Part shown: piece by piece, positions 12,865-26,760 of the stretch
Position numbering within the stretch: position 1 is the stretch's first letter
Layout of the letters: each line of letters begins with the position of its first letter
Assembly: GCA_964252035.1 (NCBI GenBank)
Contig: OZ176201.1
Length of the DNA stretch: 64,000 nucleotides
Reading direction: 5' to 3' (one strand)
Source: Podarcis erhardii
Lineage: Eukaryota
The notes under the pieces: model-generated
Told to the model about the DNA's origin: nothing
The model's input: only the letters and a program-made list of their open reading frames with translations
Databases searched by the model: none
Position numbers and translations under genes: made by a program

Positions 12865-13096
12865 CTTGGGTTACATACGCTTCAGGTTACAGACTCTGCT
12901 AACCCAGAAATAGTACGTCGGGTTAAGAACTTTGCTTCAGGATGAGAACAGAAATTGTGCAGCAGCGGCACCGCAGCAGCAGCAGCAGCGGGAAGCCCCA
13001 TTAGCTAAAGTGGTCTTCAGGTTAAGAACAGTATCAGGTTGAGAACAGACCTCCAGAACGAATTACGGTAAGTTCTTAACCCGAGGGACCACTGTA
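12865..13096 (+). mobile_element. Tigger/pogo-like MITE, family A (left TIR truncated)
   Basis: Matches the 23549 copy; ends CCCGAGGGACCACTG-TA. Confidence 0.75.
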
Positions 13097-14264
13097 TTTA
13101 CAGGTGACGGCCATTTCATGTGGGGGCTCCATTCCCATCCCCCCCACATGTTGGCAGAGCACGCATCAGTGCCCCCCGCTGTCCATTCCACCGACCTCCA
13201 TTCCACCCCTGTTCTGCCCCTCTTCTGGGTCCAGGAGGACCTGCACATCAGCAATCACACATCAATTGGACATGCCTAAAATGGCCGCCATCTGCATTTA
13301 TAAAATGCAGGTCTGACTCAGTATAAGGCAAGTTCCTATGCTCCCAGCAGGGTGGTTAAAGTGTAGCACAAGAACCACAGATAGTGGCTACAGAGAAATT
13401 CCCACATGGACAACCAGGTAACCCACCCACTCCCTCCATCCACATCATCATACAGCATATTTCTCATTGATGTGCCATGAAAGGAAAAGTAGTTAGATAA
13501 TGTGGAACACAAGACCATCAAAGAACAGAGTTAAGAGCCACAACCATTTTTTCTTTAACCCCCTGGTTACTGCCATGTTAACTGATGCCACTGTTTAGAT
13601 GCTTTTCTTTAAATACAAAAAACCAAAATCCCCAACATTTTCTTTTCTGAAGATGAATTCCTACAGTGTTGTCTTGTTCTTGCCCCCTTAACAGATGCTA
13701 GTGTCCCCAAACATATTGTTTCCTGTTCTTGCCCTGTTCTTTTCTCAGCTCACTAATAGTTATCACCCAGCCAGTATCTTCTTGAATTCCTTGCACACTA
13801 AGATCTGCAGACAACACCAAAATCTGACTATTTGCTAAGCTCTCCCTTCCAGCAAACAGAGCATTAACTCAGTCAGTAATTTATACCAGCAGACACAGTG
13901 CTGCCAACACACTGCTTTTTAAAATACTGTTTCTTAAAGTACTGGTAAGGATGTATCCATTCATGTGGCTGGCTGCTGAAAACACTCAGGAACAATATCT
14001 AGACTGATGGTGCAGTAAAATAAAAAGTGAGCTTCCCAGTCAAAACAGTGCAGCTGAGAGGTATTTGCATCAGACTCACCTTCCACATTGCAGTGATGCA
14101 CTGATTCATTAGTAATAGATCTTTCCACCCCATTCAGTGAGATGACAGGAAACCTGATATGTACTTCCTGCTTGTGGGCATCTTTCCTGATACTGCTGTG
14201 GGGAGGATGAGAGTATATTATGGGGAATGCAGAAAAATGCATATACTGCTGCTTAGAGTTAGAC

Positions 14265-14597
14265 CAGGGGTCAGCAAACTTTTTCAGCAGGGGGCCGGTC
14301 CACTGTCCCTCAGACCTTGTGGGGGGCCGAACTATATTTTGGAAAATAAAAATAAAAATGAATGGATTCCTATGCCCCACAAATAACCCAGAGATACATT
14401 TTAAATACTGTAAAAGCACACATTCTACTCATGTAAAAACACCAGGCAGGCCCCACAAATAACCCACAGATGCATTTTAAATAAAAGGACACATTCTACA
14501 CATGTAAAAACATGCTGATTGCCAGACCGTCTGTGGGCCAGATTTAGAAGGCGATTGGGCAGGATCCGGCCCCCGGGCCTTAGTTTGCCTACCCATG
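14265..14597 (+). mobile_element. hAT (Charlie-like) MITE
   Basis: TIRs CAGGGGTCAGCAAACT / AGTTTGCCTACCCATG, 8-bp TSD AGTTAGAC. Confidence 0.9.
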
Positions 14598-15279
14598 AGT
14601 TAGACCAACCTTCCCCAATCTGATGCCTCCTTTGGACTATAACCCCCATCAGACCCAACCAACATGGCCAGTGGTCAGGGATAATGGAAACAGTAGCACC
14701 AGACTGAGGAAGACTGGCTTAGGTAGATGAAGCATTCATGATTTCACATTAATAAGCCCATCTTCATGGAAAGAAAAACATGGTAAGTTATTCTAGAGAG
14801 CCACTTTCTCCTAAAATGTTCCAGTCTCAGACAGTGATGAAAGTACACAATGGAGAAAACCCATCCCAATCCAGAGCCCTCAGACTTAAGCTCTATTCAA
14901 AAAATATTCTCTAGCTATGTGCAATAGTGACTCTCACTTCTCCTCTACGGATGGGATGTCGGAGATGCTCCTGCAAGCTCCATAACCTCCAGCAAGAGCT
15001 TCAGCACACACTCTGTATGCAGAAAGTATTGGGTTCAAACCCTGGCATTTCTAGTAAAAAAAGATCATGTGATGGGAAAGACCTTTGCTTGAGACCCTGG
15101 AGAGCACTGGTCAATGCTAGGCTAGATAGACCTGGCATGAAGAACCTCTAAAAAGGGGTTCAGATGAGGCATTGCTGTCCCTGTGGAAATAGCCATTGTG
15201 GAACATTCTCTCCCCTCTTTGCTCACCATCTACCTGTTCAGGAGGGCAATGGAGATGAATGTATCAGCAGTACAGATTA

Positions 15280-15796
15280 CCGTATTTTTCACTCTATAGG
15301 ATGCACTTTTTCCCCTCCAAAAATTAAGTGGAAATGTGTGTGCGTCCTATGGAGCGAATGCAGGCTCCTTGGCTTCAGCGATAGCAACGTGAAGCCTCCG
15401 AAGCGCAGAGGGAGTGCTCCCTCCATGCTCCGGAGGCTACGCGTTGCTTTCGCTGAAGCCACCTGAAGCCCCCGGAGCGCAGCGGGAGTTCCCGCTGTGC
15501 TCCGGAGGCTTGCAGATAGCCACCTGAAGCCTGGAGAGTGAGAGGGGTCAGTGCACACCGATCCCTCTTGCTCTCCAGGCTTCGCTTCACTGGAGAGGCG
15601 CTGCACAGTTCTCCCTCTCTGCGCAGCGCCCCTTCAGCGAAGTGGGAGGAGAAATGGAAGGGGCTCCGTTTCTCCTGCCGCTTCGCTGAAGGGGCGCTGT
15701 GCAGAGAGGGGGAGGTTGGTTTTTCCCCCCTGTTCTCCCCCTCTAAAACAAGGTGCGTCCTATGGTCCGGTGCGTCCTATAGAGCGAAAAATATGG
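15280..15796. mobile_element. Tc1/mariner-superfamily (pogo/Tc2-like) MITE
   Basis: TA-CCGTATTTTTC...GAAAAATATGG-TA; GC-rich internal repeats. Confidence 0.8.
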
Positions 15797-17083
15797 TAAT
15801 TGCAAGCCCTCTTTATTAAGGCATTTGTTAATCTGGGAAATGGATCCTTACCGAAAGAGACAGCAGAGGAAGAGTAATAAATTGCCTCCTTGTCACTTGT
15901 AAACAGCCTTTGCCATCCTAAACAGCTGGCCTGGGGACAAAATGCAAGCATTGGGTGTGTGAAGTCCTTCCCGTCTGCCGCGTTTCCAGCAATTTGACTT
16001 GTTTGGGCCCGAACGTTTCAGTCTTTGGAAGTCACCATCACACCTCCCTTGGCTTTCCTGGATAGCTTGAGGTTGCGTCATCACCACCGAAGGCACCTTC
16101 CTTGAAGAGCCCCCTCAAGAATGCTGGCTGGTTCCTTCTCTCCTCGCCCTGCACACCCTCAGCGGAAAGAAAGAAGGGCTGATGACAGCCTGTTGAGTGA
16201 CTTGTTTGCAAGAGATGAAGTGATAGCAAGCATAGCCTCTGATGCATATGCCTCCTCTCAACGCTAGTTCCTTATGCAGAAGGAAAGAGCAAACAGATAA
16301 GAAAGTTCAGAGGAAATTGAGGGTTCGGGAAGACTTGCCTGACATCACACGTGTGCAAACAAGCTTTGGAAACCACACAACTTATCCATATAAAAATAAT
16401 GCTACTATTTGCCTTTTTTATGGAGCCATCAGTTCTTAATCTATCATGGACCTACCTCATCCAACCACCTAAATAACTCAAGTTCAGAGGGCCTTTTATC
16501 TAGCTTTATTTGCCATTTTGTTTCCTGGGGCAGGGGTGGAGATACCAGTTGGACTCAAGCTCCCATCAGCTCCAGGCAGCATAGCCAATGGTCAGGAATG
16601 ATGGGCAAGTCCCAGGATTTAAGCAGCATCTGGGGGAGGCACATTTTCTCCACCCCAGCCCTACAGATTTAGACTAGACATGAGATTGACCAGGGCATTT
16701 TTGGATTCACTAGCAGGACTGAAGCAAATGCTGAGAAAAAGATTTGAATTGTTCCATGGGAATCATGTAGGTCAAACGTTTATCAAAAAATGATAGGTAA
16801 GGTGTTGGATGACTCCCCTTTCAAAACTGTCAATCTTTCCAAGGTGCTTTAATGGGTCATCATGTCAGCCTTCCCTCAACATGGTGCCCTCCACATGCTC
16901 TGTACTACACCTCCCATCAGCCCCAGCATGGAGTTCTGTGCCCAAAGCAAAGTTGCAGCAGTCACAATGATTCTGAGTTCAAAGTCAACAGGTGTTTTTT
17001 TTTTTAAGCAGAAGGATATTCATGAACTTTCAAGATCCATGAAATGTTCCATTTCAGCACTCAGCAGCACTAACATTTCCAAA

Positions 17084-17441
17084 AGGTAAAGGTAAGGGGA
17101 CCCCTGACAATTCGGTCCAGTTGCGAACGACTCTGGGGTTGCGGTGCTCATCTCGTTTTACAGGCTGAGGGAGCCCGCATTTGTCCACTTCAGCAGACAG
17201 TTTTTCTGGGTCATGTGGCCAGCATGACTAAGCCACTTCTGGCAAAACCAGAGCAGCGCATGGAAATGCCATTTACCTTCCCACCAGAGCAGTACCTATT
17301 TATCTACTTGCACTTTGATGTGCCTTCGGAGCTGGGACCGAACAACAGGAGCTCACCCCGTCACAGGGATTCGAACCGCCGACCTTTTGATTGGCAAGCC
17401 CAAACGGCACAGTAGTTTAACCCACAGCACCACCTGCATCC
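17084..17441 (-). mobile_element. Sauria-type SINE, full length
   Basis: Same family; 10-bp TSD CATTTCCAAA (17074-17083, 17442-17451). Confidence 0.85.
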
Positions 17442-20400
17442 CATTTCCAAACCCTTCCATAAATCACAACAGAAGTTTGATTTGTTCCCATTTCCAAAAG
17501 ATCTTCTTGATTGGCTTTTTCTTACAAAGACGTGGTGATAATAGCAGTTCTGGGAGAAGCAAGTTGACTTCCAGGACCTTTTATAGGAGGAATGGGAAAT
17601 ACTTTGTGGTTTTCCACTTGTTTTTGGACTCCAACTCCCATCACCCCTTACCATTGGTTATGCTGGCTGGGGCTGAAGAGAGTTGTGAGTACATAAGCTC
17701 TAGAAGGCCACAAGTTCCCACCATTGCTATCTTACAGTGTGAGGATCATCTATGTACCTGGATCTAAAAGGAAGAGAAGGGTGGCTTGATCTGGCAAACT
17801 GGCAGCATCTGGATGTTTCCCCTAACTCTTTGTCTTCCATATCCCCTACAGGTCCTACAGTGAGAAAGTGGGATAGTAAAGATCTGAGGACCACATGTTT
17901 GATAGTGAAAACGAGTGAGGGTACAGTGGCCATTGTAGACTTGGAAATGCTTTGCTTCTCCAGCGCCTGACATTTATTGCCTTTTCTTAATTTGTTCTTA
18001 ATGTGCCGGCAGTGAACACTTGTGATATATACACAGCACACTCATGAAAAACAAAGGCTAGTATCCAATGCTGATTCTGCACAGGGTATACTTGTTAAAG
18101 TTAATAGACATGACTTGGATTTGTACTTTTCAATGGGTCGATTCTGAATGGAAGTTAGCTGGATACATACAACCCAAGAGTGGTGAGATACATGCTACAC
18201 CAGGGTATCAACATTATTTCAGTGGCTGGTTCATTTCATGTTTGTTTGCTTGCTTTATTTTTTCATCAGTATTAATTCCAAGGCCTACACTTATCTCAAG
18301 CAGTTGCAGCAGCAGCTACACGATACTAGTAGCAGCAGCTGTGGCTTTTGATAATGCTAGGAGTTCTCTCAGCTGTCTTTCTCAACCTTTCAAAACTATC
18401 TTCAAAAACTTAGCCTGGAAAATTTACAGACCACTTCATCTCTGTTTATAGGGCATGTGAATCAGCAAACAAAAACCATCAACAGATCATACCATATAGA
18501 AATGGGGTTCCCTAACTAATGAACCTCAGACAGGCACTCTAAATATGGAATCGTAGGGCAGAACTTCATTATTTTTAGCTTAGTCAGCGCATTACATTAT
18601 ATCCAAGAAACATATAATTAAAATAGCCATTTATGGTGCATTCAGAAAGAGGGGAGGGCAAATTACATCCTTGAGATTACATGGGGGCAAGCACTTAGAT
18701 CTTGCATTTTTGCAAGCCGTACATTCCCCACCCTTTGAGGGGAAAAAATGACTTAGTTGAATTAAAGCAGTGGGCTAATTTGTGTAAATCCAAGGGTATT
18801 TTCTTATATTTGGGTTGTTAATTGGATTGCTTTTCAACATCAATGAACCACAACTTACTTATCGCTTTCACAGCAACCTCGAACAAAAATGAAACCATCA
18901 GATGGCCCTCTCCAAAGAACTGAAAAGGTGCCCTTTCACATATCCTAATACTGTGGTAGAGTATGTCAATGGAGAGAGAGAGAGAGAATATCCCCACATG
19001 TTTCCACAAGCAGAGGGCTACCAAACACAGGGCTGGCTTGCCAAGCTAAAAAGTGAAAAAGGCAAGATGTTTTATTAGACACCACCCTCTGGATGAAAGA
19101 GCGTCATTACATCCGCAGCATCGGGAAAAGAATCAACTGCTAAATCCTGGAAAATTGAAAGGGAAATAAACCACAAGAAAGTAACACATCATGAAGCCTT
19201 TAAGATGCAGCAACACAGAGATACCTGCCCCCCAAATCGAATGGGCCCCCAATTGTAGTCTTAAACCAAGTCAGCTGAATGAATGATGCAAACAGATAAC
19301 GATCAGATTTGGTGCCATCCAAATCATACACAGCTTCCCCCAAGGAATCCTGTGAGCTAAAGTCTACCCCTCACAGGGCTACAATTCCCAGCACCCTTTA
19401 ACAAACTACAATTCCCAGGATTCTTTGGGGGAAAGCCACGTGCTTTAAAGGTATGGTATGGAATGAGAAGCTTCTCATACTATTCGTGTGAAACTGAATT
19501 CCACTCCCAGTGTCTACATAGAAAGAATCATGTGGTACAGCTGTTTTCCAGCCTGCAGGTGACAATTTTGTATGTTTAAATGCTCCCCCGATGGAGGGAG
19601 AACTCTTCCTTTATGCAGGGGGCGAAAGCACCCAAGGAGACGTTTGTCAGGGGAAAGGGGGGAAACCATACTCATTTTCAACATGGAGGGAGTTTTATTT
19701 TCCCATAAGGCGACATTCATCCATGCAAGTTCCCCACTTCCCCCAAAACCTAAAGAGGTATAGTTTAAAAATAGCTTTCTGCATTCTGCTAAATGTGTAA
19801 ACTGGGTCTAAGTTCAACACTGCCTCTAACAGTCTGCACTTAAGCAAAACAATTTATTTGGCTGACCACTGGCTCCAAGCTGGCGGAAATGAATGATGCA
19901 TACTGGGCAGAGGGAGAAATGATAGTTGGGATTGGCATCTTAGATTTATTCCCATCTTTCCTAACGTTTTCCTTGAATAAATAAGAGACAGATTGAAGAT
20001 AAATGGAATAAGTTATAGTGAAAGTCCAAAAAGAGACAAATGTCGACTCAGCACACACTTTGGGAATGGCAATGTTATTTTTCTCTCCGTATAAATGCTG
20101 GCTTTCTCAGAGATACACCAGTGAATGTTGTTGGCGTTTGACAGTTAGTTATCCAAAAAGCACTGCTATGTTAGGCATCACCAAGGAATATCACCAGGAT
20201 AAGCTCAGGCAGGTAGCCGTGTCGGTCTGACGTAGTCGAAATAAATAACTTTCGACCACGATAAACTGAATTGTTAACAATTGTCAACAATTTCCAGGAA
20301 AGTATGACCCAGCAATCTACGCATGAAGGACCCCACAACTCATCTTAATGCCAAAGTTCATTGGTGAACCCCTAGACAATTTCTTCAAAATGGGATTATT

Positions 20401-21888
20401 AGATGTTTTCTAGAGATTTGATTGCTTGTTTATGAGAAGCTGTTTAAATTGTTTTGACTGTTTTAAATCATAGCAGATAGGCATCAAGTGCTGTGCCCTC
20501 TGGCCCATCATTTGAAAGATCCTATAATTTTAATAATAATAATAACAACTCTATTATTTATACCCTACCCATCTGGCTGGGTTTCCTATTGGCAGGTTCC
20601 GGGGACAGCCTTCTCTACTGTGCCCCTGTGTATGTGATTTGAAGACATTGCCAAATTTGTATTGGAAAAGGTCCATAGTTCAGTGGTACAGCTGCTTTGC
20701 ATGCAGGTTCAATCCCCAACATCTCCTGTTTGATCTGGGAATATTCCCTGCCTGAAACCATGGGGAGCCCCTGACTGGGCAATGTCTGAGTGAGTTGAAC
20801 CAAGGGTCTGATTCAGTATAAGGAAGCTTCCTGTTTTCCCATATGAATCCCACCCAGCAACATAAATTTCCTGTTTTCCCATATGATTCCACCCAGCAAC
20901 ATAAATTATGCCTTGCAATAAATAAATTTAAAACAAAATCCAAAGTAAAACATAGAAGGATTAAAAGGCATTTGGACTCCTCCTAAGATGTGTTGCGTTT
21001 ATTATTTAAAGCATTTCATTGTTGTAAGCTTGTAATTCTTTTCTAAATATTGTAAACAGGGATATAAAGAATTAAAATATGATACATACATACATACATA
21101 CATACATCCATCTTCTAAATAAATAAAAATTATGGAATTCACCAGAGACTGTCAACAGTTACCTCTCCTATGAGGATGTGTTTTGCCAAAATCTTAATTG
21201 CCCCTAGCTGGAGAAAATAGAACATTCCATTGATTAGAGAATGGTTACTAAATGTGGCAGGTATGGACAAGTTAAACGATGTTGTTAAAGTTTAGGGCAA
21301 ACAGACAGTTGACAAATGTTCTAGAAGAAAAATTGAAGCCTTAATTGGAAGGCAGAGAAAATAAAGTTAACCCTATTATTCTCTCTGCAAGGATGGTATA
21401 AGGGTAAGTTGGAAGATGTTTATGATGCCCCATGTAAATAATATTTGGAGCTCCATTAAGCAACAGTACTTTCCCTTTTTCATCTTCTGTGGATATTTTA
21501 ATACAAATGGGAAACTACAAAGGCAACTTGCCGAATTGGGTCCACAGTGCTGAAAGGCTTGTCCTTGGAAATAGATACTTTCTAGAAGTGGGATCAGATC
21601 CCACTGGAAGTTGTCCTGTACAGTGTGTGTGGATTAAGTCCTCAGACCATCTGCAATCTATTGCCACCTGCATCCTTTTCCATAGGGCAAAATACATGCC
21701 TCTCATAGCCAAAGAACTGAAGTATGATGCATATATAAGCTGTAAAGCACAGTATATCCTATAGACTTATACATATTCACCCCCATTGTTGTTTTTTTGC
21801 CTTGCATTTATCCATGAGGGATCACTTTACATCCCATTTCAATCCACCTTCTTTAATCAGAAATAAGTGCAACTGATTTCCATGAGAT

Positions 21889-22137
21889 TTGCTGCCTAGT
21901 AAGCAGTTCGAAAGCACCTCCAGGTGCAAGTAGATAAATAGGGACCGCTTACCAGCGGGAAGGTAAACGGCGTTTCCGTGTGCGGCTCTGGCGAGCCAGA
22001 GCAGCGATGTCATGCTGGCCACGTGACCCGGAAGTGTCTCCGGACAGCGCTGGCCCCTGGCCTCTTAAGTGAGATGGGCCCACAACCCCAGAGTCTGTCA
22101 AGACTGGCCCGTACGGGCAGGGGTACCTTTACCTTTA
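21889..22137 (+). mobile_element. Sauria-type SINE, different subfamily, 5'-truncated
   Basis: GTGCAAGTAGATAAATAGG...CATGCTGGCCAC body, TACCTTTACCTTT tail. Confidence 0.7.
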
Positions 22138-22357
22138 AGTATGCACAGAATTGTAACATATTCCAGACTAGCCCAGACACAAAGCAAGAAAGAGTACCTA
22201 GCATGAGCAGGTGGAGTCAGCCACAAGACAATTAGTGAACAGCACAAACAGGACTCAAAATCTACCCAAAGCAGATGGCTCTGGGTCACAAAGCAAGCCA
22301 GGCCTCAGATCAAGTGAATCCATGGCAGCCAATTTAATAGATTCTGTCTTGTGATTA

Positions 22358-23128
22358 CCGTATTTTTTGCTCTATAACACGCACCTGACCATAACATGCA
22401 CGTAGTTTTTAGAGGAGGAAAACAAGAAAAAAAAGATTCTAAACGAAAGAGTGAATGTATGATTTTTGTGGTTCATGCTGTGGCCACAGACATGTGATCT
22501 GACAGTGAGTGTGGAGTAGCCCAATGCAAAAATCCTGAGGATCCATGTGGATCTGTGCTTTGTAACCACGTTTTAAGTGGGGAGGGAAGGAAAAGCACTC
22601 AAGGGACAAGGAGCACGCGTGGGGTGGGTGGAGAAGGATGCTGCTAATAATGAAGAAGAGGTGTATAAGGGGAGAAGGCTCCTCTCCTCTCCCACTTTGC
22701 TCCTTTAAAGCAAGCAGGCTCTGCTTTTCTTCCTCCTCCCCGCTCATCCCCGGCTTAGCGAGCTGAAAAACTTTGCTGCTATGTAGCAAGCTGAGTGGGG
22801 AAGAGAGAGGGACAGAGAGCCTGCTTGCTTTAAAGGAACCAACCGGACAGGAGCCGCTTACACTCGTGTAAGCAGCTCCTCTCCTGCTTTGCTCCTTTAA
22901 AGAAGCAGGCTCTCTGTCCCTCTCTCCTCCCCACTCAGCGGCTCTTCTCCCACTTTGCTGTTTCAAAGTGAGCCACGGAGGAGGGAAGGAAGGGGAACCA
23001 TGGATCCTCTGCTCACGACTGCAGCAGATCCCCCCACCACCCGTAGGCATTCCCTCCATAACACGCACAGACATTTCCCCTTACTTTCTAGGAGGAAAAA
23101 AGTGAGTGTTATGGTGCAAAAAATACGG
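22358..23128. mobile_element. Tc1/mariner-superfamily (pogo/Tc2-like) MITE
   Basis: TA-CCGTATTTTTTGC...GCAAAAAATACGG-TA. Confidence 0.8.
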
Positions 23129-23548
23129 TAATTCTTGTACCTTTATCAATTCATGAGCCCTCCCCCGCTAAAAAACAAAACAAAAACCATTTGTTACTCC
23201 TCAACCAAAAGGACCAGCCATCCACCTTCTCCTTTCCCCCCTGCTCTCCTTCCTACCATTTAGGGATGAGTGAACCTGTTGATTGTGTTTTCTCTGTTCT
23301 CATTTTTCCACAAATTTGTGTGTGTGTGTTTCAAAAGTCCTAATGAAGAGTCATCCGCATTTTAGTGTGAATTTCTTCTACTAAACTCATTTTAAATGCA
23401 ATGTTGTCTAATCCACACATTTTTTTTGCAAAGCATTTTCCTCTAATATAATATATTTTTCTATGCTATTTTCACTAATAAGTGTATGTTTTAAGCACAC
23501 TGAGCTGTTATATGCATTTGTGTACATATGCATTTTTGTACATGTGTA

Positions 23549-23777
23549 CAGTGGTACCTCAGGTTACATACGCTTCAGGTTACAGACTCGGCTAACCCAG
23601 AAATAGTGCTTCAGGTTAAGAACTTTGCTTCAGGATGAGAACAGAAATTGTGCAGCGGCGGCGCAGCAGCAGCAGCGGGAGGCCCCATTAGCTAAAGTGG
23701 TACCTCAGGTTAAGAACAGTTTCAGGTTAAGTACGGACCTCCGGAATGAATTAAGTACTTAACCCGAGGTACCACTG
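23549..23777 (+). mobile_element. Tigger/pogo-like MITE, family A
   Basis: TIRs CAGTGGTACCTC(A/G)GGTTA, TA on both sides. Confidence 0.85.
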
Positions 23778-24507
23778 TACTTGGCTGGAGAACTGCACTG
23801 CAAAATTTGGAGAATAGCAAAATTCAACAAATGCCTGCATTCAGGCAGGCAGGAAACCCTCCACCATGTGGCTCAGTTCCTTCCTTTGCCACCAGGAAGC
23901 ACAGTCCTGCTTCTCCCTGCCCTACTAACCAATTGGAAGGAAAGAGGAAGAGGCAGAGCAGCACAACCACAAATGTGGGTGGGCAGGGGGAGAGGTATGT
24001 TCAGGGCCTTCCTCACCCCCATATTGCAGCTAAGCTGCACTGAATGAAACCCATCAGTTTCTAGACTTGACTGTCTAGAGATCTGGGTGGGCAAGTGGTA
24101 TCACTTCTGTGTGGTCCCCAGCAGCTTTTCAGAACCTGATACAACAGGTTCAGGTGTATAGCACCTCTTGGAAGCCAGCTGTTTTCCCATCACTGTGTAC
24201 AATGTACGTACATCAGACATTTTAGGAGCCCTGGGTGAGACATAAAAATAGAAGCTCCTGCAGCTCAATGCTGGAGCAATTCAGTCTCTGGTCGCTTCCC
24301 AGCATCCAGGTCAGATCCCACCCAGGATACATTCACACACAGTCCCACCAGTCATCCCTTTCAGGCTGGAGTCACCAGATAGCATTCTCCCTCTGTGCTT
24401 CTCTACAGTTCCTGAGCCTGGACTCCACATCATCATAGATGATTCTGCTCTCACACACATCCCATTTCCAGCTTTGAAGCCACTCAACTCCTTCTCCCAC
24501 CTCTATG

Positions 24508-24644
24508 CAGTGCTATTTTTCTAGGAAAGGAGGTGCTGGAACTCATTGTGACTGTCTCCCTTGTTCTCTTACAATGGCAATGGTGCCCACTTGAGAGGTG
24601 CCAGAACTGAATTCCAGTGAGTTCTGGCTGGGGAGAAAACCCTG
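24508..24644. mobile_element. Short hAT-like non-autonomous element; second copy at about 52855-52975 runs into a gap
   Basis: Two clearly related copies with CAGTGCTATTTTT / AAAACCCTG ends. Confidence 0.55.
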
Positions 24645-24677
24645 TTTCTGCTGTCGATCCATTCCTTGCCTCCCTGT

Positions 24678-25186
24678 AACCTAGACAGCATCCTAAAAAG
24701 CAGAGACATCACCTTGCCAACACAGGTCCGTATAGTTAAAGCTATGGTTTTCCCAGTAGTGATGTATGGAAGTGAGAGCTGGACCATAAAGAAGGCTGAT
24801 TGCCGAAGAATTGATGCTTTTGAATTATGGTGCTGGAGGAGACTCTTGAGGGTCCCATGGACTGCAAGAAGATCAAACCTCTCCATTCTTAAGGAAATCA
24901 GCCCTGAGTGCTCACTGGAAGGACAGATCCTGAAGCTGAGGCTCCAATACTTTGGCCACCTCATGAGAAGAGAAGACTCCCTGGAAAAGACCCTGATGTT
25001 GGGAAAGATGGAGGGCACAAGGAGAAGGGGACGACAGAGGATGAAATGGTTGGACAGTGTTCTCGAAGCTACCAGCATGGGTTTGACTAAACTGCAGGAG
25101 GCAGTGGAAGACAGGAGTGCCTTGCGTGCTCTGGTCCATGGGGTCACGAAGAGTTAGACATGACTAAACGACTAAACAACAACAAC
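24678..25186 (+). mobile_element. RTE-BovB LINE, 5'-truncated 3' end
   Basis: Open frame NLDSILKSRDITLPTQVRIVKAMVFPVVMYGSESWTIKKADCRRIDAFELWCWRRLLRVPW...; (AAC)n tail. Confidence 0.93.
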
Positions 25187-25699
25187 ATCGGTAGAGTACT
25201 AGAGCATCGTTCTTGCATGCAGGAGGTCCCAGGTTCAATCCCCAGCAACACCAGGTAGGACTGGGGAAAGGTCCCTAGATGAAAACCCTGGAGAATGAGT
25301 GCCATTCAGCATAGACAACACTGGGCTAGATGGAGTCTGCATATAGACATTGTGCCTTTTCATCCCATGAATTTGTCTAACCCCCTTTTTAAAGCCATTG
25401 AAGGTGGTGCAGCTCACCAGAGAGGGAAAGCGACTACTGTAACTCATGACTCAGGAAAGCAGTGCTGCCTGCTCAGGACTGTACCCAAAAAAAAAGAGGG
25501 GTTGCCAAACATCATCTGGGAGGCTGCAGCTTATGGGGCTGCATTGACTTGTCCTAAATTGTGCAAGCTTTACCCAGATCACCCAGCGATGCGGCTAGCC
25601 CTATGGAATGAATTACTCTCTCCCCCCTGTGCTCCAATTTCCCCTCTCTCAACCCAACATGGCCTCCACCGACAGAGCCCTTCTGTCCCTCTTTATTAG

Positions 25700-26760
25700 A
25701 ATAACAGGATTATAATATTAACAAGTCTGTTTATTTCACTCAGTAATTAATAAGGAAAAGGCAGACGAACAACTTGCCAGCCTGTTGCTAATTAATGCAG
25801 TGTTACGAGGATGGCATTGACACGGTGGGGAGCCCGGGCGCCTGTGATGTTTAATGAATGTTATGCAACCCTTTGTGTTATTTAATTTAATAGGAGAATT
25901 AATATTGGGATGGAAAGAAATTGCCTGTGTTCTGCAGATGGGGAGAGGGATGCCACATTCATCTTGCTTTATTCAAAGCATCAGTCCACCGAGCGAACCT
26001 CTTAAAGGCTATTTGATTACACAGTAATGGGCATATTTGGCCTCGGTGGCAGTAGGCAGGAGCAAAGGCCTGGGCACCTTTGATAGCAGAACAAATGAAA
26101 TACACACGTAACCCTTCACCCAGTGCAATCCGCTGATAAAGTTCCCCAGTCTTAATTCGATCTGTAAAGATTAGTCCGGCAATAAAAGGTATTGCAAGGC
26201 TGATGTCCATGGAGTCTCCCAGGGCATTTGACAAATGGCTTTATGACAGTAATAGGAGAATTAGAATGCGACATTAAAAATCCACGCTGTTTAGTTGAGC
26301 TAAACTTCACCAAAAGAACAGCGGCGGCATTGCAGGACTGCTCATCCCCTTCCTCCTTGGACGTTGCAGTGAAGCTACACAGACGCTTGCCGTGGCCTCT
26401 TTTAACGGGTACGCGAGGCTGGCGTGCCAATAAATAACCAGGATTTATAAAACACTTGGCTGCCTATTTATTTATTTAGCATTGCTGTTATCGCTGTTTG
26501 CTCAGCTCCTCTGGCCTGGCACTGAGACACTGCATCTCCATGCACAAAGCCAAGAGGTTTTACGGCATGCTAAATAGGTGTTCTATTGCGCCGCATATTA
26601 TCCTAAGTGATGCTTGTTATTGGATGATTGTATCATTTCCACCGCCTCGTCATCACTCCGGAGCATTTATATAGTAATGATTTGACTACTCTCAGATGAT
26701 ATTATCTACCAAATGACTCTATTTACACCCTCGGCAGTCTGTCGCTAAACTAACTGCCCT
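25700..26760. promoter_or_regulatory. Candidate conserved non-coding element / enhancer
   Basis: About 1 kb of unique-looking sequence with retained CpGs, TAATTA clusters, CTTTGAT (26078-26084) and TGACAG (26244-26249). Conservation was not tested. Confidence 0.5.

Noticed and set aside
14033-14047. Minus-strand CFDW resembling the Hox1 TFDWMK
   Set aside because: Continues as EAH rather than MK, and the ORF runs through a hAT MITE.
22439-23074. 211-aa minus ORF inside a TIR element as a possible transposase
   Set aside because: Low-complexity internal MITE repeats with no DDE/D or HTH features.
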